Shown here in pieces: positions 28,833 to 37,390 of a stretch of 64,000 bases of DNA. The notes beneath the pieces are model-generated. The model was given only the letters and a program-made list of their open reading frames with translations. It ran no database searches and was not told the origin of the DNA. Each line of letters begins with the position of its first letter. Positions within the stretch are counted from its first letter, which is position 1. The stretch spans positions 96,001 through 160,000 of the forward strand of contig CBDCQT010000005.1 in NCBI GenBank assembly GCA_965220745.1, given 5' to 3'. The DNA is from Alphaproteobacteria bacterium. Lineage in GTDB: Bacteria > Pseudomonadota > Alphaproteobacteria > UBA828. The position numbers and the translations under genes were made by a program.

Positions 28833-30893
28833 TCAGCCGCTGGTGTCGATGTGGAAGTTGCCGCCCGCATCCGCGCGCGCCCGCTGGCCCGCGAGCAGCA
28901 GGATGGTGGTCGTGTCGCTGTCGATCAGCGCAGGCCCCGCGATCTCGGCGCCCGCCGCCGGCTCGTTGCCGTCGTAGGCGGGAAGCTGGCGGAAGGCCCG
29001 CTCCTCGCCGAGGTAGACCGCGCGCCGGCCCCGCTCGGGCAAATGCCCGGCGGCTGGCGCGGCGGCCTCACCACTCGCGGCGGGGCCGCTGCCGGTGCCG
29101 ATGGCGCGCACGGTCCAGGTGGTGAACTCGACCTCGCCGTCGTCCTCCCGGATGGTGTGGATGCGCTCGTGCATGGCGTGGAACGCGTCCGAGAGCGCGG
29201 GCACGTCGGCGTCGGTCAGCGCCCCCGCCGCCGGCGCGAAGGGCGCCTCGATCTCCCAGGACTGGTACTTGTAGCGGGCCTGGAAGGCATACTCGTAGCG
29301 GCGGTCCGGCTCCGGCACACCGGCGCGCTCGAGGAAGCGCCGCGCCCGCTCATGGAGCGCCGCCAGCGTGCGGTTGACCGCGTCGAGCGCGAAGTGGCGG
29401 TTGCTGGTGTGGAGGGTCGCGGTCTCCTCGCCCCGGATGTCCGTGACCAGCCCGCCGTAGGCGCTCAGGCCCGCCGCCACCCCCGGCACCATGAAGCGCT
29501 CGATTCCCAGTGCCTGCGCCATCTCGCCGATGTGGCAGGCGGTGGCGCCGCCGCCCGCCACCAGGAAGCTTTCGCGCGGGTCGATGCCCTCGTTGACGGT
29601 GATGTCCTCGATCGCCGCGATCATGTTCTCGTTGCTGGTGACGTGGATCGCGTAGGCCGCCTCGGCCAGCTCCAGCCCGAGCGCGTCAGCCACCGTGGCG
29701 ACGGCCCGGTGCGCGGCGTCGGTATCCAGGGGCAGGCGACCGCCCAGGAAGTAAGCGGGGTCGAGCAGCCCCAGCACCAGGTTGGCGTCGGTCACGGTGG
29801 GTCGCGTGCCGCCGCGGCCATAGGCCGCGGGGCCGGGGTCGGCGCCCGCGCTCACCGGGCCCACGCGTAGCAGGCCGCCGGAATCGACCCAGGCGATGCT
29901 CCCGCCGCCCGCGCCCACCGAGCGCACGTCGATCTTCGGCAGCCCCAGCAGGTCGTCGTTGATCGGCGCCTCGGTGGTGCGGATCAGGCTGCGCGCCCGG
30001 ATCGCCGAGACATCGAAGGTGGTGCCGCCCATGTCGATGACGACGACGTCGGGCTCGTCCGAGAGCGCGAGCGCGGCGATGGGGGCGAGAGTGGGCCCGC
30101 TCATCACCGCGTGGATCGGGCGCGCGGCGATCTCGCCCACCGTCATCATGCCGCCCTGGCAGTTGGCGACCAGCAGCGTGCCGCCGAAGCCCGCCTCGCG
30201 CACCGCGCCTTCCAGCCGGCCGAGATAGGCGGGCACGATGGCGTGCAGCGCGGCGTCGATGGCGGTGGCAATGGTGCGGCGGTACTCGTGCGGGATCGGG
30301 TTGAGCGCGTGGCTGAGGGTGACAGGCGTCTCGGGCCAGAGTTCGCTCACGATCTCGCCGACGCGGCGCTCGTGCGCGGGCTCCACCACCGACCAGAGCA
30401 GACTGACGGCGATGGCATCCACCGGGCAGCGCCTGAAGTGGTCCACGGCCGCGCGCACGTCCTCCTCTGCGAGCGGGGCGATCTCGTTGCCGCGCGCGTC
30501 GATCCGCCCGCGCACCTCGCAGGTGCGGTTGCGAGGGACGAAGGGCCGAGGGTAGTCGAGGCGCCAGTCGAAGGCGCGCTTGCGCGGCGCCTCGCGCAGG
30601 GTCAGCACGTCCGGGTGGCCGGCGGTGCAGATCAGCCCGACCGCGCCGGTGCGCCCCTCCACCAGCGCGTTGGTGGCAACGGTGGTGCCGTGAACGATGC
30701 GCGCGGTCCGGGCGAGGAAGCCGGGCAGGTCGCAGTCGAAGGCCCGGGCGGCGAGCGCCAGCGCGTCCATGAAGCCCTGCTCGAACGCAGGCGGGGTCGA
30801 CGGTGCCTTGACCACCGCGCGCCGACTCCCGTCCGAGACCACGCAGTCGGTGAAGGTCCCGCCTATGTCGATCGAGACCTGAAACTGGCTCAC
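28833..30893 (-). CDS. Hydantoinase A/oxoprolinase family protein (ATP-binding subunit)
   Basis: Motifs DIGGTFTD, HGTTVATNA, DMGGTTFD, GAGGGSIA, SAGADPGP and TVTDANLVLG. GTG start at 30893. Confidence 0.92.
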   Translation of the reverse strand: MSQFQVSIDIGGTFTDCVVSDGSRRAVVKAPSTPPAFEQGFMDALALAARAFDCDLPGFLARTARIVHGTTVATNALVEGRTGAVGLICTAGHPDVLTLREAPRKRAFDWRLDYPRPFVPRNRTCEVRGRIDARGNEIAPLAEEDVRAAVDHFRRCPVDAIAVSLLWSVVEPAHERRVGEIVSELWPETPVTLSHALNPIPHEYRRTIATAIDAALHAIVPAYLGRLEGAVREAGFGGTLLVANCQGGMMTVGEIAARPIHAVMSGPTLAPIAALALSDEPDVVVIDMGGTTFDVSAIRARSLIRTTEAPINDDLLGLPKIDVRSVGAGGGSIAWVDSGGLLRVGPVSAGADPGPAAYGRGGTRPTVTDANLVLGLLDPAYFLGGRLPLDTDAAHRAVATVADALGLELAEAAYAIHVTSNENMIAAIEDITVNEGIDPRESFLVAGGGATACHIGEMAQALGIERFMVPGVAAGLSAYGGLVTDIRGEETATLHTSNRHFALDAVNRTLAALHERARRFLERAGVPEPDRRYEYAFQARYKYQSWEIEAPFAPAAGALTDADVPALSDAFHAMHERIHTIREDDGEVEFTTWTVRAIGTGSGPAASGEAAAPAAGHLPERGRRAVYLGEERAFRQLPAYDGNEPAAGAEIAGPALIDSDTTTILLLAGQRARADAGGNFHIDTSG

Positions 30894-31115
30894 CCGCCCC
30901 CCGCGCCGCTTGCTGGTCCGCGTGCATCCTCGCAACGCGTGCACCGGCGGCGCAAGAGCCGGGCCAGCGGCGGCGTCATCGGCCGCTGCACGCGCCCGCG
31001 CGGGGTGGGGTCGGTGTGCGATCTGTACTATGATCTGCCAATAAATGGGCACAAGCCCAAGGCAGGGTGCGGGCAAAGAAAGCGCCAAATAAGCAAGGCG
31101 CGCTCGGGGGGAGAC

Positions 31116-31907
31116 ATGAGAGCCATCGCGACACTGGCCGTGGCGCTTGCCGCGGCTATCGTCTGGACCGTGGGTTCGGCCAGCGCCTATACCGTGGATT
31201 CGGCTAACGCCTACGTCGTCGATCCTTTCAACCGGGTGATGGAAGTGGTCAAGGCGGCAAACGTGCGGGCCGGCCCGAGCACTGAGTACGACGTGCGCGT
31301 CGTCCTGCACGAAGGCGCGACCGTGCGCGTGACCGGCGCCGTGCTGGGCCGCGACTGGATGCGGGTCGACCTGCGCGGGGACGGCGACGAGTCCTTCATC
31401 TACGCGCCGCTCTTGAGGGAGACCGGGGCCGCGGCAGGCCTTCGGCCCGTCGGCCCCAACTGGTCTGTCACCCAAAACCAGCCTTGCCACGTGTGGAACG
31501 ACGGCCAGCGCGGTCAAGAGCCGTTCATCTGGTGGGGGGACTGTGTGGACGGCAAGGCCACGGGCGAGGGACGGCTCATCTGGCATACCCGCTACGGCAG
31601 GCACGTTTACGAAGGCAACATGGTGGCCGGCAAGCAACACGGACATGGGACCCTGCTGCGCAGCGATGCCGCCCGCTACGAAGGCGAATGGCAGGAAGGC
31701 AAGAGGCACGGGATCGGCATCTACACCTGGGCTGCCGGCCATCGCTACGAGGGCGGCTGGCACGACGACAGGCCTCACGGCTTCGGCACCGCGACGTTTG
31801 CCGATGGCGACGTCCACCAGGGCGAGTGGCGCCGGGGTTGCTACGGGGAGCGGGACGGAATCTGGTCGGCCCTGATCGCCACAGTGGAAGACTGCGGTTT
31901 CAATTAG
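31116..31907 (+). CDS. Secreted SH3-domain + MORN-repeat protein
   Basis: Signal peptide; bacterial SH3 (ANVRAGPSTEY...W); about four MORN repeats (YEGEW..GKRHG.G). GGAG before ATG 31116. Confidence 0.85.
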   Translation: MRAIATLAVALAAAIVWTVGSASAYTVDSANAYVVDPFNRVMEVVKAANVRAGPSTEYDVRVVLHEGATVRVTGAVLGRDWMRVDLRGDGDESFIYAPLLRETGAAAGLRPVGPNWSVTQNQPCHVWNDGQRGQEPFIWWGDCVDGKATGEGRLIWHTRYGRHVYEGNMVAGKQHGHGTLLRSDAARYEGEWQEGKRHGIGIYTWAAGHRYEGGWHDDRPHGFGTATFADGDVHQGEWRRGCYGERDGIWSALIATVEDCGFN

Positions 31908-32013
31908 CGGACCGCCAACACCTCAAGACCTGACGGCAACCGCCGAACGCCTCACTCGCCGGGGGCGAAACCTGCTATGTCAGCGCGCAGGTGACGTTGA
32001 GGCGGGCGGTTGG

Positions 32014-32340
32014 ATGCCGAAGCGACTGAGCGATGCGGAGCGGCGCGGCTTTCGCGAGCAGGGCTACTTCGGGCCGCTCCGCGTTATGAGCGCGGGCGAG
32101 ACACAGCACTACCGCGCGGAGCTGGAACGCTTCGAGCGGCGCTGGCCGGACGAGCGCCACATGCTCGATCAGGGTGCCTCGCTGCTCTGCCCCTGGATCG
32201 ACGAATTCACACGCCTTCCTGGTCTGCTCGACCCGATGGAGGACCTGCTCGGCCCCAACCTTCTGGTCTGGGGCGTCTCGCTCAGGCTCAAGGAGGCGGA
32301 CGGCAGGACCTTCGCCGGTTGGCATCAGGACACCGCCTAA
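32014..32340 (+). pseudogene. Phytanoyl-CoA dioxygenase (PhyH) family gene, 3'-truncated at the island boundary
   Basis: Motifs F..QGY, LLGPNL and GWHQD, then a stop after only 108 aa. The distal His and Arg of the fold are absent. Confidence 0.8.
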
Positions 32341-32458
32341 CGCACCTTCGGTGCTAACATTTTGAAACAGGGTCGTTTTTTCTCTCCATGTTTGTTGCAT
32401 CCGGACGGATCGGGAACTCCGCCGTGCCCCGGCTGCAACCGCAACCGGGAGAGACGGC

Positions 32459-33577
32459 ATGGCCGGAACGACCCTCACCGACGCCCGCGTGCGGGCACTC
32501 AGGCCCCGCAAGACAGCCCGCGATGTCCGGGACGGCAAGCTCAAGGGCTTCGGCATCCGCGTGCTGCCCTCGGGCCGCAAGCGCTTCTTCATACATTGCC
32601 AGCATGAAGGGGAGCGTGTCTGGAAGATCGTCGGCGACGCTGCCGAGATCCGCGTCGACGAGGCGCGCACCTGCGCCCGCGGGATGCTCGCCTCCATCAG
32701 GCGAGGCGAGGGAGTTTCCGGGGCCGGGGAGACGCGCTTAGAGGATTTCGCCGAGACCGTGTTCCTACAATACGAGCGAGTCTGGAAGCGGGGCACGCTG
32801 GCGGTCAACCGGAAGTATTTCAAGCAGCAGATCCTGCCTCACTTCGCCGGCCGCTCGGTCGCCGGGATTGATCGCCGCGAGGTGCGCGACTGGTTCGCCG
32901 CGCTCCGCGCCACCCCTGTCGCCGCCGACAGGTCCATGCCGGTCTTGTCGGTCATCATGCGCGAGGCTGAAGTGGCGGGGCTCAGGCCCGAAGGCTCCAA
33001 CCCCTGCCGGGGCATCCGGCGCTATCGCCGCAAGGGGCGCGAGCGGTTTCTCTCCGACGAGGAGATCCGCCGTCTGTCGGCGCGATTGTCTGCGCTTGCG
33101 GACCGTTTCCCGCTGCAGGTCGCGGCCATCCGCCTTTTGCTGCTGACCGGGTGCCGGAAAGGGGAGGTTCTCGGCCTCCGATGGTCCGACTACCGCGAGG
33201 GACACCTGTTCCTGCGCGATAGCAAGTCCGGTCCGAGAACCGTCTGGCTGTCGCAGCCCGCACGCGACATCCTCGGCGGCCTGGAGCGGGCGGGCCCCTG
33301 GGTGTTCGCGGGCCCGGGTCGAGCCCGACCGCCAGACTCGGGCGCGCTCGACCGTTTCTGGCGCAGGCTCCGCGCCGAGGCCGGATTGACCGACGTGCGT
33401 CTTCACGATCTTCGACACACGCATGCCAGCATCGCGCTCAGGCAGGGCGTGACGGTCCTCGCCATCGGACGCCTGCTCGGTCATGCCAGCCCCGAGACCA
33501 CCCTCAAGTACACGCACCTCGCCGACAGCATGGTCGCCGATGCCGCAGAAATCGTCGGCAAGGCGCTGGGGGAGTAA
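32459..33577 (+). CDS. Tyrosine recombinase/integrase with N-terminal arm-binding domain (copy 1)
   Basis: Arm-domain motif GFGIRV.PSG.K; catalytic TGCRKGE, SKSG, HDLRH, LLGH and TLKY. Confidence 0.93.
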   Translation: MAGTTLTDARVRALRPRKTARDVRDGKLKGFGIRVLPSGRKRFFIHCQHEGERVWKIVGDAAEIRVDEARTCARGMLASIRRGEGVSGAGETRLEDFAETVFLQYERVWKRGTLAVNRKYFKQQILPHFAGRSVAGIDRREVRDWFAALRATPVAADRSMPVLSVIMREAEVAGLRPEGSNPCRGIRRYRRKGRERFLSDEEIRRLSARLSALADRFPLQVAAIRLLLLTGCRKGEVLGLRWSDYREGHLFLRDSKSGPRTVWLSQPARDILGGLERAGPWVFAGPGRARPPDSGALDRFWRRLRAEAGLTDVRLHDLRHTHASIALRQGVTVLAIGRLLGHASPETTLKYTHLADSMVADAAEIVGKALGE

Positions 33578-33580
33578 ACC

Positions 33581-34738
33581 ATGGCAGGACCGAAACGCGT
33601 GCGCCTCACCGACGCCGCCGTGTCTCGCCTGCGGCCTAGTGAGCGGGAATATACCGTGTGGGATACAAAAGTGCGCGGGCTCGGGGTCCGGGTCCGATCC
33701 ACCGGCGGAATGAGCTGGGTCTTCCTGCGGCAAGACGCGAACGGATCGAGACGCGTGTCGCTCGGCCCGGTGGAGACCGCGAGCGTCGCCGAGGCGCGCC
33801 AGGCGTGCCTCGTCCGGCAGGCCGCGCCTGAACCGGAGGACAGGACCGCTCCCAAGCGTGCCGTTCCCCTGTTGCGCGACTTCGTCGCCGGCGAGTGGAA
33901 GGAGGCCAACTTCGACAGATACAAGCCCTCGTCCAAGAGCGGCTTCCGGGCCCTGCTCGACGCCCGCATCCTGCCGGCCTTCGGCTCGAAGCGGCTCGAC
34001 CGCATCGCTCCGACCGAGATCAGGCGCTGGTTCGACGATTTCAGCCGCACCGCCCCCGGCAATGCCAATCACGGTCTTGCTCTCCTGCGGCAGATCCTGA
34101 ACTTCGCCGGCGCCCGCGGCTACCTCGACACCAACCCGGCTCGCGACATACAGAGAAACCGGCGCCCGGTGCTCACCCGCTTTCTGTCGCGCGAGGAAGT
34201 CGGCCGTCTACACCGCGTGCTTGACCGGCAAACCGGGAGGGACCAGCGGCAGCAGGCCGACATCATACGCCTGCTGCTGCTGACCGGATGCCGCAAGGGC
34301 GAGATCGTGCAGCTCCGCTGGTCGGAAGTCGACGACGGCCGCCTGATCCTCCAGGAGAGCAAGACCGGGCGGAGGACGGTTCCCCTTAGCACGAAGGCCC
34401 GTGCGGTTCTGGAGCGTCAGCCGCACGGGACAAGCCCCTTCGTCTTTCCCTCGCCGCGCGATCCGTCGCGGCCGCGCAGCCGCAACCTCGCTCTCTGGTA
34501 CCGGGTGCGGTGCGAGGCCGACATCGAGGACGTGCGCCTTCACGACCTGCGTCATACGGTGGCGAGCCACGCGGTGATGAACGGCGTGCCGGTGCCGGTC
34601 GTGTCCCGGCTGCTCGGCCACTCCAATATACGAATGACGCTGCGCTACGCCCACCTCGGAGACCGCGACATCGAGCGCGCCGCCGAAACGGTCGGACAGG
34701 CGATCGCCGCGATCACGAACGGCCAGGACGAGACTTGA
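33581..34738 (+). CDS. Tyrosine recombinase/integrase with N-terminal arm-binding domain (copy 2)
   Basis: Arm-domain motif VWD...GLGVRV; catalytic TGCRKGE, SKTG, HDLRH, LLGH and TLRY. Starts 3 nt after copy 1. Confidence 0.93.
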   Translation: MAGPKRVRLTDAAVSRLRPSEREYTVWDTKVRGLGVRVRSTGGMSWVFLRQDANGSRRVSLGPVETASVAEARQACLVRQAAPEPEDRTAPKRAVPLLRDFVAGEWKEANFDRYKPSSKSGFRALLDARILPAFGSKRLDRIAPTEIRRWFDDFSRTAPGNANHGLALLRQILNFAGARGYLDTNPARDIQRNRRPVLTRFLSREEVGRLHRVLDRQTGRDQRQQADIIRLLLLTGCRKGEIVQLRWSEVDDGRLILQESKTGRRTVPLSTKARAVLERQPHGTSPFVFPSPRDPSRPRSRNLALWYRVRCEADIEDVRLHDLRHTVASHAVMNGVPVPVVSRLLGHSNIRMTLRYAHLGDRDIERAAETVGQAIAAITNGQDET

Positions 34739-34880
34739 GCATGATCGCCGATGTGATGAATACTCGAAGCAAGCCACGTGGGCGGTGTCAAGAAAGGTCG
34801 TTACCGGCGTCTTTCCGTAGGCAACCATCCGGGGTAGGCCGTCTCTTCGGAACGGGGGAGTTTTGGCAGGGTGAGCCAGC

Positions 34881-35513
34881 TTGAGCGAAGCGAGCTACGT
34901 GCCACCGCCTGCCGACGAACTCATGGCCTGCCTCGACGCCTTGGAGCGGTTTCTTCATGACGACACCCTGCCGCCGCTAATCCATGCCGGCCTCGCACAC
35001 GCACAGTTCGAGGCCATTCATCCGTTTCTCGACGGCAACGGCCGTGTCGGCCGCCTGCTCATCACTCTCCTGCTGGTGCAGCGTGAAGTGCTGCCGTCAC
35101 CGCTCCTCTATCTGAGCGCATATTTCGAGGAGACGCGCGAGGACTACTATACCCGTCTGCTCGCGGTGACGCGGGAGGGGGCGTGGGAGAAGTGGCTCAA
35201 CTATTTCCTGCGCGGCGTCCGACTCCAAGCCGACGACGCAATCGATCGCATGGAGGAGATCGACGGCCTGTTCGAGGATTGGCGGGAAGAGCTGGCTGGC
35301 ATTCAATGCGGGCGACCGGAGAGGGTGCTGCGCCCCTTCGTCGAAAATCCCTATTGGACGGTGGGCGGGATCGCGAAAGAGCTGGATGTGGCCTATACGA
35401 CGGCTCGGCGCGCCATCGACCGGCTGGAGATGGCCGATGTTGTCTCACCCGTCGGAGACGCAAGACGCAACCGCGTCTATTGTGCACGTGAAACGCTCGA
35501 AATTCTGATCGCC
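34881..35513 (+). pseudogene. Fic family protein, N-terminally truncated and 3' end interrupted
   Basis: Intact HPFLDGNGRVGR motif and a C-terminal wHTH-like region. Begins abruptly at the internal YVPPP motif. The ORF reads through a mini-element to 35672. Confidence 0.7.
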
Positions 35514-35605
35514 TGTTGCTCGGCGTGCAATTGTGACCCCCCAGTATCGAGCCACTTCAATAGCTTATCGCGCCATTCGGCGCGCAACCCACGTGCCGAG
35601 CAACA
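35514..35605. mobile_element. 92-bp miniature inverted-repeat element with an IS21-like end
   Basis: Perfect 11-bp terminal inverted repeat TGTTGCTCGGC / GCCGAGCAACA. The left end continues GTGCAATTGTGACCCC, similar to IS21-family ends. Confidence 0.55.
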
Positions 35606-35851
35606 CTTCTTGAGGTCTGGTTGGTCACGCCCACGACATTGCCATGGAGGACGCTTGGCCTGGGGGTCATGAAGCGCGACACGGTTGCCGGGGGCGGCAG
35701 AAGATCGATCATGGGAGGGAGCGAAGCCGCGAAGCAGCGAGCACCCTGTCGCGATGAAGGCGTCGGGCTTTGTAAGCTCGTCCGAGAAGTGGCGAACCCG
35801 ACCGCCGGACTGCTGAACCGGGCCGCGACTGCGGCTGCGCTAATGAGACGG

Positions 35852-37351
35852 TCAACCGGCGGCCAGGTGATGCGCGACGCGCAGTGCTTGTGCAGCGATG
35901 GTGAGAGAGGGGTTTACGGCAGCTGAACTCGGTAGAAAACTGGCATCAACGACGTACAGGTTTGGGTGGTCGAAGCTCCTGCAAAAGGGATCGAGTGCCG
36001 CCTTCGCGGGATCGTTACCCATCCGAACAGTGCCGCACTGATGGGACGGTGCGCCGCTGTCGAAGGGCTTGGTGAGAATGAGCTGGTAACCCGCGCGGCG
36101 AAATATGCGGTGCATGCGATCGACGAGGAGCCCGTGGGCCTTCAGGTTAGTCGGCCGCCAGTCGAGGACGATGTGGCTGCCCTCCAGCAGGACGCGGCTC
36201 TCCGATGACGGCAGATCCTCGCTCATGAGGTACCAATCGAGCGCTCGTCGACAGACCGGACGAAGCGCAAACTCGGGAGCCGGGAATGGAAGATTTGCCG
36301 CCAGTATTGGCGCGGAGACCTTGCCCAGGAGCTGGACATTGCCCAAGGGTACGCCTGCCTCATCATCGGCGAGGTAGAAGTCGTTGATTGCCAACGTCTT
36401 GGCGTGAACCGTGTCGTAACTCTGGCGGACGTCGACAGCAATCATCGCCGTCGCGTTGTGATTCATGAAGTAGCGCCCGACCAGGCCCGCGCTGTTGGCG
36501 ACGCCACCCTGCCCGTTACGCCGGTCTGAGCGCAAGAGAATGACTGCCGAGTTGACGGCGCCAGCCGCGAGGATTGTCGTCCTAGGGCGTATACGGTGCC
36601 CGGTGTTGTTGCGACGATAGACGACGCCGGTGACGTTCTTGCCACGCGGATCGACCTCCAGTCGCTCGACCTTGGCCCCCGTCACAAGGCGCACGTTCGG
36701 GAACTCTAAAGCCCTCGCAAGCGGCCCGGTCTCCGCATCGATCTTCCCGCTGAACGTGTCCGGCACAGCGTCCCACGGCGTGGGGGCCCGCCTGAGCCAC
36801 GCCTTGACGTCGACCGATAGCGGCAGCGGTGCGGGATGCAGACCCTGGCGACGAAGACGCTCGGCCGCGTCCTCTACTTGAGGTTCGTGGGGGACGGGTG
36901 GAAAGGGATAGTCCTCGGAGTGGTACGGCTCGGTCGGGTCGTCGCCAAGCTGGCCGCGCACGCTGAACAATTTCTCGGCCTGGCAATACCACGGCTCGAG
37001 TTCGTCGTAGCCGAACGGCCACGACTCCGTGATCCCCTCCAGGTGGTCGTGCGCCTCGAAATCCTCGGCGCGAAAGCGGTATAAGACCGCGCCGAAGAAT
37101 TTGGAGTTGCCGCCCACATAGTAGTAGTTGCCCGGGTTGAACGGCCTCCCGTTGCCATCGAGCCAGGTCTCATCGGGACGAAACACGCCACGCCTGAAGA
37201 TCGCGGCGAGGTCGCGCGTCTCCGGCGTATCCCTCAGCCGTTCACCGCGTTCCAGAATCACGATTTCGGCACCAGTGGGCGCGAGGCCAAAGGCCGTCGT
37301 CGCGCCGCCGATACCGGAACCGACAATGACGAAGTCCGGTAGACCACCCAC
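35852..37351 (-). CDS. GMC family FAD-dependent oxidoreductase
   Basis: Motifs GSGIGG, VGGNSKF, LAAGAVNS, GRYFMNH, HQCGTVRMG and VNPSLT. Confidence 0.92.
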   Translation of the reverse strand: MGGLPDFVIVGSGIGGATTAFGLAPTGAEIVILERGERLRDTPETRDLAAIFRRGVFRPDETWLDGNGRPFNPGNYYYVGGNSKFFGAVLYRFRAEDFEAHDHLEGITESWPFGYDELEPWYCQAEKLFSVRGQLGDDPTEPYHSEDYPFPPVPHEPQVEDAAERLRRQGLHPAPLPLSVDVKAWLRRAPTPWDAVPDTFSGKIDAETGPLARALEFPNVRLVTGAKVERLEVDPRGKNVTGVVYRRNNTGHRIRPRTTILAAGAVNSAVILLRSDRRNGQGGVANSAGLVGRYFMNHNATAMIAVDVRQSYDTVHAKTLAINDFYLADDEAGVPLGNVQLLGKVSAPILAANLPFPAPEFALRPVCRRALDWYLMSEDLPSSESRVLLEGSHIVLDWRPTNLKAHGLLVDRMHRIFRRAGYQLILTKPFDSGAPSHQCGTVRMGNDPAKAALDPFCRSFDHPNLYVVDASFLPSSAAVNPSLTIAAQALRVAHHLAAG

Positions 37352-37390
37352 GGTCTGTCGCTCACGGTCTCGCCGTGGCTCGATCAGGTC

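Noticed and set aside
979-30893. Many long plus-strand ORFs (e.g. 979-3747, 14955-17183, 19121-21613, 23337-25253, 26864-29125)
   Set aside because: They are antisense shadows of well-supported minus-strand genes, expected in high-GC DNA, and have no recognisable motifs.
30894-31817. Apparent 300-aa N-terminal extension on hydantoinase A (994-aa ORF)
   Set aside because: The extension is largely antisense to the SH3/MORN gene; family homology starts at GTG 30893.
31600-31850. Repetitive DNA suggesting an array
   Set aside because: Explained by protein-level MORN repeats; there are no identical repeats with spacers, and no CRISPR array was seen anywhere in the window.
32341-32458. Possible tRNA or tmRNA integration target
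   Set aside because: No cloverleaf, T-loop GTTCGA or CCA end can be recognised.
32335-32480. GCCTAAC overlapping a stop codon, resembling an integron attC inverse core (RYYYAAC)
   Set aside because: No matching GTTRRRY follows within about 140 bp, there is no cassette array, and the integrases are arm-domain type without the IntI-specific insertion.
35621-35926. 101-aa plus-strand ORF between Fic and the GMC gene
   Set aside because: No motifs, a weak start, and overlap with the GMC 3' end; likely non-coding junction DNA.
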